Positions 21,004-31,792 of a stretch of 64,000 bases of DNA are shown here, piece after piece. How positions within the stretch are numbered: the first letter of the stretch is position 1; every line of letters begins with the position of its first letter. Position numbers and translations under genes: made by a program. The notes beneath the pieces are model-generated. The model was given only the letters and a program-made list of their open reading frames with translations. It had not been told where the DNA came from and did not search any database. Origin of the DNA: an uncultured beta proteobacterium (lineage in GTDB: Bacteria; Pseudomonadota; Gammaproteobacteria; Burkholderiales; Burkholderiaceae_C); assembly GCA_963741125.1 (NCBI GenBank), contig CAVUGY010000017.1, positions 35,786-99,785 of the forward strand, in the 5' to 3' direction.

Positions 21004-23847
21004 ATGCCGTTCATTCGCATAGCCTCGCTGTTGCTTGCGACTTGCATTGCCGCAGCCACCGCCGCTGCTGGCACGCCGGCGGCCATCGACGTCGCTGCGG
21101 TGCCGCCACGCCAGGCAGCGCCCAACGACGCGTCGGCCTACCGCCGATTCGTGCTGCCCAACGGCATGAAGGTCTTGCTGCTGTCCGATCCAAAGCTCAA
21201 CGTCGCCTCGGCGGCGGTGGCCGTGGCGGTGGGCAGCCTGAGCGATCCGCCCGAACGCCAGGGCCTGGCGCATTACCTCGAGCACATGCTCTTCCTGGGC
21301 ACTGAAAAGTACCCGTCGGTGGAGGAGTTCGGCGAATTCCTGCAGCGCAATGGCGGCTACAACAATGCCTACACGGCGCCCGATCGTACGAATTTCCATC
21401 TCGAGATCCGGCCCGCCGCGTTCGAGGGCGCGCTCGATCGTTTTGCCCAGTTTTTCATTGCCCCGAAATTCACGCCCGAGTTCAACGAGCGCGAAGTCAA
21501 CGCGGTGAATTCCGAGTTCCAGAAGAACCTCGAAAACGACTATTGGCGCGAGTCGGCGCTGCGCAACTGGGCCTATCGGCCGGGTCACCCGGCGCGCAAC
21601 TTCAGCATCGGCAGCCGCGAGACGCTCACCGGTACGACGCGCGAGGAGTTGTTGTCCTTCCACAGGCGCTACTACAGCGCGAACCGCATGAGCTTGGCAC
21701 TCACCGGGCCGGCGGGGCTGGACCAGCTGGAGGCTCTGGCGCGCGCCACCTTCGGGGCGGTGCCCGACCAGCATCGCCCCGAGTTGCGCTACGCACCCGA
21801 CTTTCTGCCACCCAAGGCGGCCCTGCGCATCCTGCGCATGGAGCCTGTCAAAGACTTGCGGCGCATGACGCTCAGCTTTGCGCTGCCCGACCTGCGCCCG
21901 TACGCGGGCAGCAAGCCGGCCGAGTTGATCGCCTTCGTGCTCGGTCACGAAGGTGCAGGCAGCCTGCTGTCGGCACTCAAGGCCGAAGACCTGGCCACCG
22001 GACTGAGCGCCGGCGCGGGTGCCGACACGCCCGACTACGGCAGCTTCGACATCACGGTCAGCCTGACGCCACAAGGCCTGGCGCGCTACGAGCGCGTGAT
22101 GGCGATGTCGTTCGCCGCCATCGAGGCATTGCGACGCAGCGGCGTGCCGGCCTACCTGTTCGACGAGCGGCGCAAGATGGCCACGCTCGACGAGCGCTTT
22201 CGCGACAAGGGCGAGGGTGCCAACCTGGCCGTGGCCCTGGCCAATGGCTTGATGGACTATCCGATCGAGATTGCCGAGCGCATGCCTTATCTGTGGCTGC
22301 GCCACGACCCGGCGGCGGTGCAGACGGTGCTCGCTCAATTGCGGCCCGACAACCTGCTCGTGACCCTGGTCGCCAAAGGATTGCCGACGGATCAGGTCGA
22401 GCGCCATTTCGGTGCCCGCTTCAGCTACAGCGAGGAGACGGGGCCTTCGTGGTCGGCACTGGCCAAGCTGCCCGAAGTGGCCGCGTTGGCCCTGCCGCCG
22501 CCCAATCCCTACGTCCCGGCGCACACCTCGGTACGGCCGATCGAGCCGGCGCGACTGATCGACGAGCCCACGCTGCGCCTGTACTACGCGCAAGACACCG
22601 AGTTCCAGCGCCCGTTGCTGGCCCATGTGCTGCGCGTGCGGCTGCCGCGCGCCATCGCCTCGCTGCGTAATGCGACGCTGCTGCGCTTTTACGAAGCCTG
22701 CGTCAAGGAGTCGCTGAACGAGACGACATACGCAGCGGCCGAAGCCGGCCTGCACTTCGAATTCGGCGCCTCGCTCGAGGGCGTCCAGCTCGGTATCGAC
22801 GGCTACGACGCCTCTGCCGGCCGCCTGCTCGATCAAATCCTGGCCGGCCTGCGCGACTGTCCGTTGTCCGCGCAGCGCTTCGCCGCACTGAAAGACCGCC
22901 TGCTGCGCGAGCTGTCGGGCTTCGAGCGCGCCGACGCCTACCAGACGCTGCTGGAATCACGCCGTCGCACAGTGCGCGAGTTTTACTACCGGCCCGACGA
23001 GATGCTGCCGCTGGCGCGCCAACTGACGCTGGCGCAGGTGCAGGTCTTTGCGCGCGGGCTGTATGCACACGGCAAGATCGAGGCCTTGAGCTACGGCAAC
23101 CTCGGTGCGGCGGATGCCGTGGCGACCCTGCGCCACGCTGCTGCCGTGCTGCAACCCGCTCCGTTGGCAGAGTCGAAATTGATGCAGCGTCGCCTGCTGG
23201 CGATGCCCCCGGGCCAGGCCGTGCGCGCGAGCGAGACCCTGCAGGTCAACAACTCGGCCTTCCGGCGCGAGATCGTCTTGGGCCCGGACACGCCCGAGCT
23301 GCGGGCGGCCACACTGGCGCTATCAGCCTTCGTCGGCCCCCCGGTCTACGAGGAACTGCGCACGCGCCAGCAACTCGGCTACATCGTCTTCGGCGGCGCG
23401 GGCAACGAGGGCCACACCGAGTTCGCCTACTTCATCGTCCAGTCGGGCGACTACCCGGCCGATGTGCTGGAAGCGCGTGTCGATGCGGTCGTCGGCCAGC
23501 TGCCAGGCCGGCTCGCCGAGCTGCCCGACGCCGACTGGGCGGTGATCCTGGCCGGCGTGCGCGCCAAGCTGCTCGAGAAAGACCGGTCGGTCGCCGAGCG
23601 CGCCGGCCGCCTGTTCGGTCTGGCCTATGAACGCGATGCGGACTGGGGGCGCGACGAGGCGACACTCGCCGCGCTGGACGTCCTCACCAAGCAGCGTGCC
23701 GTGGCCATTTTCGAAGCGTCGCTGGCGCCAAAGACGGCAAGGACGCGAAGCTTTCTGGGATTTGCACGCGACCACAAGCCGCAATCAACGCCGGCCGTGA
23801 GCTTTACCGACGCCCGGCGTTGGAAGCTGCAGCAGCACTACGAGTAA
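21004..23847 (+). CDS. M16-family zinc metallopeptidase (pitrilysin/insulinase-like, two tandem M16 units), secreted
   Basis: Signal peptide MPFIRIASLLLATCIAAATAAAG; inverted zinc motif HYLEHMLFLGT..E; ~947 aa, intact. The upstream in-frame extension (from 20881) overlaps the tRNAs and was rejected. Confidence 0.8.
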   Translation: MPFIRIASLLLATCIAAATAAAGTPAAIDVAAVPPRQAAPNDASAYRRFVLPNGMKVLLLSDPKLNVASAAVAVAVGSLSDPPERQGLAHYLEHMLFLGTEKYPSVEEFGEFLQRNGGYNNAYTAPDRTNFHLEIRPAAFEGALDRFAQFFIAPKFTPEFNEREVNAVNSEFQKNLENDYWRESALRNWAYRPGHPARNFSIGSRETLTGTTREELLSFHRRYYSANRMSLALTGPAGLDQLEALARATFGAVPDQHRPELRYAPDFLPPKAALRILRMEPVKDLRRMTLSFALPDLRPYAGSKPAELIAFVLGHEGAGSLLSALKAEDLATGLSAGAGADTPDYGSFDITVSLTPQGLARYERVMAMSFAAIEALRRSGVPAYLFDERRKMATLDERFRDKGEGANLAVALANGLMDYPIEIAERMPYLWLRHDPAAVQTVLAQLRPDNLLVTLVAKGLPTDQVERHFGARFSYSEETGPSWSALAKLPEVAALALPPPNPYVPAHTSVRPIEPARLIDEPTLRLYYAQDTEFQRPLLAHVLRVRLPRAIASLRNATLLRFYEACVKESLNETTYAAAEAGLHFEFGASLEGVQLGIDGYDASAGRLLDQILAGLRDCPLSAQRFAALKDRLLRELSGFERADAYQTLLESRRRTVREFYYRPDEMLPLARQLTLAQVQVFARGLYAHGKIEALSYGNLGAADAVATLRHAAAVLQPAPLAESKLMQRRLLAMPPGQAVRASETLQVNNSAFRREIVLGPDTPELRAATLALSAFVGPPVYEELRTRQQLGYIVFGGAGNEGHTEFAYFIVQSGDYPADVLEARVDAVVGQLPGRLAELPDADWAVILAGVRAKLLEKDRSVAERAGRLFGLAYERDADWGRDEATLAALDVLTKQRAVAIFEASLAPKTARTRSFLGFARDHKPQSTPAVSFTDARRWKLQQHYE

Positions 23848-24064
23848 AGCATTCACCGGCGGGCCGCTCGCCGACGCGGCGGGCGTCGCCTCGAATGGGC
23901 ATCGCATTGCGCGTGGTCAACCAAGACAGTGGGCCGACAGGTCACATTGTCGGGCGTAGTCCTCGAACAAGGCACGAGCAAGGAACGCGCGCGACGCGGC
24001 CGCCGAATACACTTCGAGCATCGAGCGGCAATCCCGATACGGCAGCGATGCGACAGCAGTAGAG

Positions 24065-24802
24065 ATGGTCAACCCCTTAACGCGCATTTTCGGCGGCTCT
24101 CGCGATGAGCAGACCTGGGCCGCGGCGGCCAAATGGGCCAAGGCCAGCGGCCACCGCTTTGCGCACAGTCGCGACGGCAGCGGATTTGTCGTCGAACCCG
24201 CCAATTCCACGCTCGGCTGGCGGCTCGAATGGGGCGCGCCGATGCGGCACTACATCAGCAGCCCGGAGTTGCGCCTGCGCGCCGAGGTCGGCGACACCGA
24301 CGACCTGCAGATGCTGATCATGACGCGGCCGGTGATGAGCCTGCTCGAACAACAAGTGTTCGACGAGTTCACCGAGAGCACGCAGACGCGCATGGACGAC
24401 GATACGCCGGAAGAAATGCGCTGGCTGGTGCTGTACCCGAAAGTGCCGCGCTCGGAAATGGGCACGCTGCGCGAGCGCTTCGGCGCACTGGCCAGCCTGC
24501 CGCGCGCCGCGGCGCTGTGGCTCGAAGGGCCCTTGTCGGAACAGCTCGAAGCCTCCTCGTCTTGGCTGGCCGATGACTTGCCGCTGGTGCTGATCATGCA
24601 ACGCGGCCGCCTGACCATGCGCTGCGCGATGCCGCAGCCGCAAGTGCCGGGTCTGCAGTCCGCGCTCGGCCTGTTCGCCGTGGCCCTGACCGCCGCACGC
24701 CGGGTGGGTCAGGAAGTCACCCGCGGCACCATCGGGCGAGACCGCCCCAGCAGTTGGGGCCCCGCCAGCGCAATGCCGTTGCCGGAGAAGACGCCGCGCT
24801 GA
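24065..24802 (+). CDS. Hypothetical protein (245 aa, no recognisable domain)
   Basis: Intact ORF with typical codon usage between the M16 peptidase and the convergent ACAD gene; acidic central region (DDDTPEEMRW). Confidence 0.4.
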   Translation: MVNPLTRIFGGSRDEQTWAAAAKWAKASGHRFAHSRDGSGFVVEPANSTLGWRLEWGAPMRHYISSPELRLRAEVGDTDDLQMLIMTRPVMSLLEQQVFDEFTESTQTRMDDDTPEEMRWLVLYPKVPRSEMGTLRERFGALASLPRAAALWLEGPLSEQLEASSSWLADDLPLVLIMQRGRLTMRCAMPQPQVPGLQSALGLFAVALTAARRVGQEVTRGTIGRDRPSSWGPASAMPLPEKTPR

Positions 24803-24812
24803 GGGCGACGCC

Positions 24813-26030
<1,218 letters not shown>

Positions 26031-26043
26031 GGCAATAATCCTT

Positions 26044-27126
26044 TCAGGGGTGTTGAGCGAAGCGCCAACCGAGTTCGGCCAGCGGCCGTGCGCCACGGCC
26101 GGTCTGGCGCGCCTGTTCGCTGGCCGCGGTGCCGTCGTCGACCCGCTTGGCGATGCCTTGCAGGATCGCCGCGAGGCGAAACAGGTTGTAGGCCAGGTAG
26201 AAATTCCAATCGGCAGCGAGCGACTCTGGCGTGGCCAGGTGCGTGCGATCGCAGTAGCGCCTGATGTATTCGGGCTCGGGGGGTATGCCGAGCGCGGCGT
26301 GGTCGAGGCCGCCGATACCGCGGAACGCACCGGGTGGGATGTGCCAGGCCATGCAGTGGTAGCTGAAATCGGCCAAGGGGTGGCCGAGCGTCGACAACTC
26401 CCAATCCAGCACGGCCAGCACGCGCGGCTCGGTCGGATGGAAGACCAGGTTGTCCAGACGATAGTCACCATGCACCACAGCGACCTTGGCGGCGTCGAGC
26501 GCGCTGGCCGGGATGTGGCTCGGCAGCCAGGCCATCAAGTGGTCCATGGCTTCGATCGGCTGCGTGATCGACGCCAGGTATTGCTTGCTCCAACGGCCGA
26601 TCTGGCGTTCGAAGTAGTTACCCGGCCGGCCGTAGTCGGCCAGGCCGGCGGCGGCGATGTCGACGTTGTGCAGCGCGGCGATGACACGATTCATTTCGTC
26701 GTAGATCGCGCCGCGCTCGTCCCTGCTCATGCCCGGCAGCGACTGATCCCACAGCACACGGCCCTCGGCGAACGACATGACGTAGAACGCGCGCCCGATC
26801 ACCGCCTCGTCTTCGCACAGGGCCAGCATCTGCGGCACCGGCACGCCGCGCCCGGCCAGCGCGGCCATGACGCGGTATTCGCGTTCGACGGCATGCGCCG
26901 AAGGCAGCAGCTTGGCGGCAGGCGCAGGCTTGCTGCGCAGCACGTAAGCCGCATCAGGTGTGACCAGCTTGAAGGTCGGGTTGCTCTGACCACCCTTGAA
27001 TTGTTCGATGCGCAGCGGACCGGCAAAACCCGGCAGCCTGTCGTGCAGCCAGGCCTGCAACGCTGCGCTGTCGAAGGCATGCTGCTCGGCCACGGCACGG
27101 GTGCCGGAGAACTGTTCCATGGTCAT
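26044..27126 (-). CDS. Phosphotransferase-family protein (APH/choline-kinase fold), ACAD-associated kinase
   Basis: [55 protein letters not shown] (Brenner HGD and D-x-E motifs); immediately upstream of the ACAD gene, as in ACAD10/11 fusions. Confidence 0.75.
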   Translation of the reverse strand: MTMEQFSGTRAVAEQHAFDSAALQAWLHDRLPGFAGPLRIEQFKGGQSNPTFKLVTPDAAYVLRSKPAPAAKLLPSAHAVEREYRVMAALAGRGVPVPQMLALCEDEAVIGRAFYVMSFAEGRVLWDQSLPGMSRDERGAIYDEMNRVIAALHNVDIAAAGLADYGRPGNYFERQIGRWSKQYLASITQPIEAMDHLMAWLPSHIPASALDAAKVAVVHGDYRLDNLVFHPTEPRVLAVLDWELSTLGHPLADFSYHCMAWHIPPGAFRGIGGLDHAALGIPPEPEYIRRYCDRTHLATPESLAADWNFYLAYNLFRLAAILQGIAKRVDDGTAASEQARQTGRGARPLAELGWRFAQHP

Positions 27127-27289
27127 GGGCAATGGCCGGGGCTTGTCGTTGTGGCAACCGATCTCACCGCGCAATATCGCGCGGCGATGTGCCGATTGTT
27201 GCACCGGGCCGCAGCGCTGCAGGCTCGGCGCATCCGCATGCCATGCTAGAGTCGGTTCACTCACGAGAAGAGACCATTGCACACGCGGC

Positions 27290-29296
27290 ATGCACATCGG
27301 TTGGCCCCAGATCCTGATCGCGACCGCGGCGCTTGTCGGCGGCAGTGAGGCCGCAGCGCTGGGCTTCGGGCAGATCCGATCCAGCGTCGTTCTCGGCCAA
27401 CCCTTGAATGTCGCCATCCCGGTCAATCTGGCCGCGGGCGAGACGCTCGCCGCAGAGTGCGTGGGCGCCGAGGTCAGTTATGGCGACAGCCCATTGCCGC
27501 CGATCTATGTTCGCGTCGGTTTGATCCAGGGCAGTGCGGGCGCCGACAGTCTCTTGCAGGTCAGCGCCTCGACGGTCATCGACGAGCCGGTTCTAACACT
27601 CACGCTGAGCGTGGGTTGTGCGTCAAAGCTCAGCCGTACGGTGGTCCTGCTGGCCGACCCCCCGTTGGTGAATATCGCCAGCGTGCCGCCCGAGATCCCC
27701 GCGGCGGCCGCAGCGGCGGTGCAGCCGAGTTCGCCCAAGGCGGCGTCCCAGCCGGCTGCCAGTGCGGCGCCGGCACGCGCCTCGCGCCCGGCGAAGCCCC
27801 GGCGTGCCATTCGTACCAGGCCTTCCGTGCCGGCGCGGGCTGCGGTCGCCGAGGCCGCGTCTGCCGCTTCGGCGCCGGGCCTGGCCGCGGCCGCCGCGTC
27901 GGCGCCGAGCGTGGCGCGTGCCGAGCCCAAGTCGCGCCTGAGACTCGACGCCGGCCAAGTCAGTTTCGAGCCGGCCGCCGTCCTCGCCGCCCAGGAGCAG
28001 GCCTCGGCGGCGCGGGCGACCGCGAGCGCGGCCGAGGCCGCGGCATCGGCCGCGAACGAGCGAATGCGGGCGATGGAGGGCGACGTGGCGCGCATGCGCG
28101 CCGACGCCAAGGCGCAGACCGACTCGCTGCTGCAGTTGCGCCAGCAATTGGCGCTCGATCGCGCCCGGCGCGACGAGCCGTCGCCGCTGACCTATGTCCT
28201 GCTGGCCGTGGCCGCGCTGTTCGCGCTGCTGGCGGCGTGGTTGGGCTGGCGCCTGCGCAGGCAGGTGCGGTCCGCGCCGGCCAGCATCGACTGGTGGGAA
28301 CAGAGTGCGTCGGCATCTTCGGCAGCAGCCATGGCCGAGCCACCAGTCGCCGCCGAAGTCGAGCCCGCGCCGCGCTCGACCCGGCCCAGCGCATTGCAGC
28401 GCATGGCGCCGGCGCCTGCACCCTGGTCCGATGAGGTGGAATCGCGCAGCGGAGACATCGACTTGCTGATCGCGCCGCCGACCGTGCCCGCACCGACCGC
28501 GGTGACCATTCCCACGCTGTTGCCGGCCACGCCGCTGGTGACGAGCGACGAGCAGGCCCGGGGCGCCATGAGCGTCGACGAGCAGATCGATCTTGAACAG
28601 CAGGCCGACTTCTTCATCGCGCTGGGCCACGACGAGGCGGCCATCGACCTGCTGATGGCGCACATGCGCAGTACCGGAGGTGGCAGTCCGCTGCCCTTCC
28701 TCAAGCTGCTCGAGATCCATCGCCGGCGCCACCAGCGCGACGACTACGAGCGCACGCGGGTGCGCTTCAATCAGCGCTTCAACAGCGTCGCGCCCGAGTG
28801 GCAGGCCGATCCCAAGCTCGGCCGCATGCTCGAGGACTACGCCTTGCCCCTGGGGCGCATCCAGCGTGCCTGGCCGTCACCGCTGGACGCCATGGCCGAG
28901 CTCGAAGCCCTGCTCTTCCGTCGTGGGCCGGGCGCCGAACTGTTCGACATGCCGGCCTACCAGGAGGTGTTGTTCCTGTACCAGACGGCGCGCGACCTGC
29001 ATGCCGCCGAGGGTCAAGGTGGTGTCGCCGACGTCGATGTCTTGTTGCCCATCGGCGGCCGATCCGGCCCGATCGCAGCGTCCGAAGGGACGATCGTTCT
29101 GCGCCCCGAATTCAACGCCGGAGAGCCGCTGTCGCTCGATCTCGACCTGACGACCGGGCATGGACAGGTACCGCCCGCACTGCCGCCCGAGCCGGCCCTC
29201 TCGCTGTCGGCCGTGAAGACCGAGGGCCAGCCGCCTGCGGACGACGATGACGAGGCTCCGGGCGACAACCCCGACACCCAACCGACGCCGCCCTAG
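27290..29296 (+). CDS. FimV-like motility/pilus-assembly hub protein (FimV N-terminal motif, Ala/Pro-rich repetitive spacer, TM segment, FimV C-terminal domain)
   Basis: N-term signal peptide + LGFGQIRSSVVLGQPLNVAIPVNL..LTLTLSVGC motif; 27700-28150 Ala-rich low complexity; TM YVLLAVAALFALLAAWLGW; C-term DEQIDLEQQADFFIALGHDEAAIDLLMAHM... Start chosen at MHIGWPQ (ORF open from 26996). Confidence 0.55.
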   Translation: MHIGWPQILIATAALVGGSEAAALGFGQIRSSVVLGQPLNVAIPVNLAAGETLAAECVGAEVSYGDSPLPPIYVRVGLIQGSAGADSLLQVSASTVIDEPVLTLTLSVGCASKLSRTVVLLADPPLVNIASVPPEIPAAAAAAVQPSSPKAASQPAASAAPARASRPAKPRRAIRTRPSVPARAAVAEAASAASAPGLAAAAASAPSVARAEPKSRLRLDAGQVSFEPAAVLAAQEQASAARATASAAEAAASAANERMRAMEGDVARMRADAKAQTDSLLQLRQQLALDRARRDEPSPLTYVLLAVAALFALLAAWLGWRLRRQVRSAPASIDWWEQSASASSAAAMAEPPVAAEVEPAPRSTRPSALQRMAPAPAPWSDEVESRSGDIDLLIAPPTVPAPTAVTIPTLLPATPLVTSDEQARGAMSVDEQIDLEQQADFFIALGHDEAAIDLLMAHMRSTGGGSPLPFLKLLEIHRRRHQRDDYERTRVRFNQRFNSVAPEWQADPKLGRMLEDYALPLGRIQRAWPSPLDAMAELEALLFRRGPGAELFDMPAYQEVLFLYQTARDLHAAEGQGGVADVDVLLPIGGRSGPIAASEGTIVLRPEFNAGEPLSLDLDLTTGHGQVPPALPPEPALSLSAVKTEGQPPADDDDEAPGDNPDTQPTPP

Positions 29297-30462
29297 ATCT
29301 TCGCCAGTCGCTCGAGCGCCTGCCGCAACGTGTCCTCACGCTTGGCAAAACACAGGCGCACGATGCGCTGTTCGAAGCCACCGTCGTAGAACACCGACAG
29401 CGGAATCGCCGCCACGCCGATCTCGGTCGTCAGCCAGCGGCAAAACGCGACCTCGTCGAGCGCGCTGACGGCCGAGTAGTCGACGCATTGGAAATAGCTG
29501 CCCTGGCTCGGCAGGGCCCGCAGGCGAGTTGCCGCCAAACCGGCGCGGAAAAGGTCGCGCTTGCGCTGGTAGAACGCGCCCAGTTCGAGGTAATGCGCCG
29601 GCTCGGCCAGGTAGGCCGCCAAGGCGAATTGCATCGGCGTGTTGACGGTGAAGACGTTGAATTGGTGCACCTTGCGGAACTCGGCCGTCAACGCCGCCGG
29701 CGCCGCCACCGTGCCGACCTTCCAGCCGGTGACATGGAAGGTCTTGCCGAAGCTCGAGACCACGAAGGCGCGCGCCGCCAGTTCCGGATGCGCCGACGCG
29801 CTGGCATGGCGCTGGTCGTCGTAGATCATGTGCTCGTAGACCTCGTCGCTGATCAGCAGCACATCGGTCGGCCGCAGCAGCGTGGCCAGGCGCTGCATGT
29901 CGTCGGCGCGCCAGACGGTGGCGCTCGGGTTGTGCGGGCTGTTGACGATGATCGCTCTCGTGCGCGGCGAGAGTGCCGCGGCGATGGCCTCGAAATCGGG
30001 GCGGAAGCTGCCCGGCGTCAGCGCCACGCGCACGATCTGCCCACCGGCCAATTCGATGTTCGGGCCGTAGCTGTCGTAACAGGGTTCGAGGACGATGACC
30101 TCGTCGCCCGGGTGCACGCAGGCCAGGATCGCGGTCAGGATCGCCTGCGTGGCCCCGGCGGTGATGGTGATCTCGCTCTGCGCGTCGTAGCGCGCGCCGT
30201 ACAGCGATTCGATCTTGGCGGCGACGGCCTCGCGCAGCGCAGGCACGCCGGCCATCGGCGGGTATTGGTTGTGGCCGGCACGCATCGCGGTGTCGACGGC
30301 GTCGAGCAGTGCCGGGTCGCATTCGAAATCGGGGAAGCCCTGGCCGAGATTGACGGCGCCATGCTCCTGCGCCAGCGCCGACATGACGGTAAAGATCGTG
30401 GTTCCGACGCGCGGCAGGCGGCTCGGGAAATGGGGGGTGCGAGGCAAGGGGGTCATGATCAC
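29293..30462 (-). CDS. PLP-dependent aminotransferase, class I/II (methionine aminotransferase YbdL-like)
   Basis: 389 aa intact; ..NLGQGFPDF..., SFGKTFHVTGWKVG (PLP lysine), ..NSPHNPS..; convergent 4-nt overlap with the FimV stop. Confidence 0.85.
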   Translation of the reverse strand: MIMTPLPRTPHFPSRLPRVGTTIFTVMSALAQEHGAVNLGQGFPDFECDPALLDAVDTAMRAGHNQYPPMAGVPALREAVAAKIESLYGARYDAQSEITITAGATQAILTAILACVHPGDEVIVLEPCYDSYGPNIELAGGQIVRVALTPGSFRPDFEAIAAALSPRTRAIIVNSPHNPSATVWRADDMQRLATLLRPTDVLLISDEVYEHMIYDDQRHASASAHPELAARAFVVSSFGKTFHVTGWKVGTVAAPAALTAEFRKVHQFNVFTVNTPMQFALAAYLAEPAHYLELGAFYQRKRDLFRAGLAATRLRALPSQGSYFQCVDYSAVSALDEVAFCRWLTTEIGVAAIPLSVFYDGGFEQRIVRLCFAKREDTLRQALERLAKI

Positions 30463-31418
30463 AGGGCCGGGTCGCTGGGTTCGCCGGCGGCGTTGCCGGC
30501 CATCGCGCGCAGGATCAGCGCACGCGTCAAGCGGTCGGACAACAACTCGGCAAAGGTGTAGACGAAATTGCGCAGGTAAGCGCCGCGCTTGAATGCCACC
30601 CGCGACACATTCTGACCGAACAGGTGGCCGAGCGTGCGCACCACCAGGTCGCTGCCCGCCGCGCCTTCGTCGCGCACCGCCATCTCAGCCACGATGCCCA
30701 CACCCAGACCGAGCCGGACGTAGGTCTTGATGACATCGGAGTCGATGGCCTCCAAGACGACGTTGGGCGTCAGCCTGGCGCGTGCGAAGGCCGCGTCGAT
30801 GCGGCCGCGGCCGGTGAACGACGGGTGATAGCTGACCAGCGGCTCGGCGGCCAGCTGCTCCAGCGTCGGCCGCTCGACGGCGGCCAGCGCGTGGTCGGCA
30901 GGCACCACCAGCATGTGCTGCCATGAGTAGCAGGGCAGCGTCACCAACTCGTCGAAATCGGCCAGCGACTCGGTGGCCAGGCCGATATCGGCGGATTCGT
31001 CCAACAGCATCTGCGCCACCTGCTCCGGCGTACCCTGGTGCAGGCTGACATTCACCTTCGGGTAGCGCCGCCGCAGCAGGGCCACGGGTTCGGGCAGCAC
31101 GTAGCGGGCCTGGGTATGGGTGGTGGCGATGGACAGGCGGCCGGCGTCCTGCTTGCTGAATTCGTCGCCGATGCGCCTGAGGTTGCCGACTTCGCGCAGG
31201 ATGATCTCGATCGCCTTCAGGACCTGTTCGCCCGGCTCGGTGATGCGGCGCAGACGCTTGCCATGGCGGGCGAAGATGTCGATGCCGAGTTCTTCCTCGA
31301 GCTCGAGAATGGCCTTGCTGACGCCCGGCTGCGAGGTGTGCAGGGCCTTCGCGGTCTCGGTCAGGTTCAGTCCCCGGCGCACGGCCTCCTGGACAAAGCG
31401 GAATTGGTGCAGGTTCAT
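30459..31418 (-). CDS. LysR-family transcriptional regulator (CysB-like)
   Basis: HTH MNLHQFRFVQEAVRRGLNLTETAKALHTSQPGVSKAILELEEELGIDIF; C-terminal LysR substrate-binding domain. Start taken at MNLHQ (ORF open upstream to 31742). Confidence 0.8.
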   Translation of the reverse strand: MNLHQFRFVQEAVRRGLNLTETAKALHTSQPGVSKAILELEEELGIDIFARHGKRLRRITEPGEQVLKAIEIILREVGNLRRIGDEFSKQDAGRLSIATTHTQARYVLPEPVALLRRRYPKVNVSLHQGTPEQVAQMLLDESADIGLATESLADFDELVTLPCYSWQHMLVVPADHALAAVERPTLEQLAAEPLVSYHPSFTGRGRIDAAFARARLTPNVVLEAIDSDVIKTYVRLGLGVGIVAEMAVRDEGAAGSDLVVRTLGHLFGQNVSRVAFKRGAYLRNFVYTFAELLSDRLTRALILRAMAGNAAGEPSDPAL

Positions 31419-31792
31419 CGATGCTTGGGCAATGCCAGTGCGATCTCGGCCATGGCCGAGATCAGGGTCGGGGCCTCGCCGACCGCCGGGTGCAGGCTGA
31501 AGGCGAGCCCCCGATGCTGGGTGCGCAAGCGGTCGAACAGGGGCGGCAAGTCCTTGCGCACATGGCCGCCGGCGCCGAGGAACAGCGGCAGCACGTCGAC
31601 ATGGGTGCAGCCGGCGCCGGCCAGCTGGGCCACGGCGGTGCCGATGTCGGGGGCCATGAACTCCAGGAACGCCAGGCGTATCGGCAACCGCGGCCGTGCG
31701 GCGCGCACCGCAGCGGCCACCTGTTCGAACGGCTGCGCCCATTGCGCGTCGCGCGCGCCATGGGCGATCAGCAGCAGGCCGTCACCGTGCAT
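31415..31792 (-). CDS. CbiX-type sirohydrochlorin chelatase (small form)
   Basis: MHGDGLLLIAHGARDAQW...HVDVLPLFLGAGGHVRKDLP; ~125 aa. Confidence 0.6.
   Translation of the reverse strand: MHGDGLLLIAHGARDAQWAQPFEQVAAAVRAARPRLPIRLAFLEFMAPDIGTAVAQLAGAGCTHVDVLPLFLGAGGHVRKDLPPLFDRLRTQHRGLAFSLHPAVGEAPTLISAMAEIALALPKHR

Noticed and set aside
26036-26471. N-terminal 146 aa of the 552-aa ORF 24813..26471 (-), which would make a giant ACAD
   Set aside because: The ACAD start MDFGYSERT at 26030 has its own RBS. The upstream extension is an alternative frame of the APH-kinase gene and has no similarity to anything.
26996-27289. Upstream extension of the FimV-like ORF
   Set aside because: It overlaps the APH gene on the opposite strand; the FimV signal peptide starts at MHIGWPQ (27290).
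27700-28400. Possible CRISPR or tandem-repeat array in the Ala-rich region
   Set aside because: The repetitiveness is codon-level (GCN/CGN runs) inside the FimV-like coding sequence. There are no spacer-repeat periodicity and no cas genes anywhere in the window.
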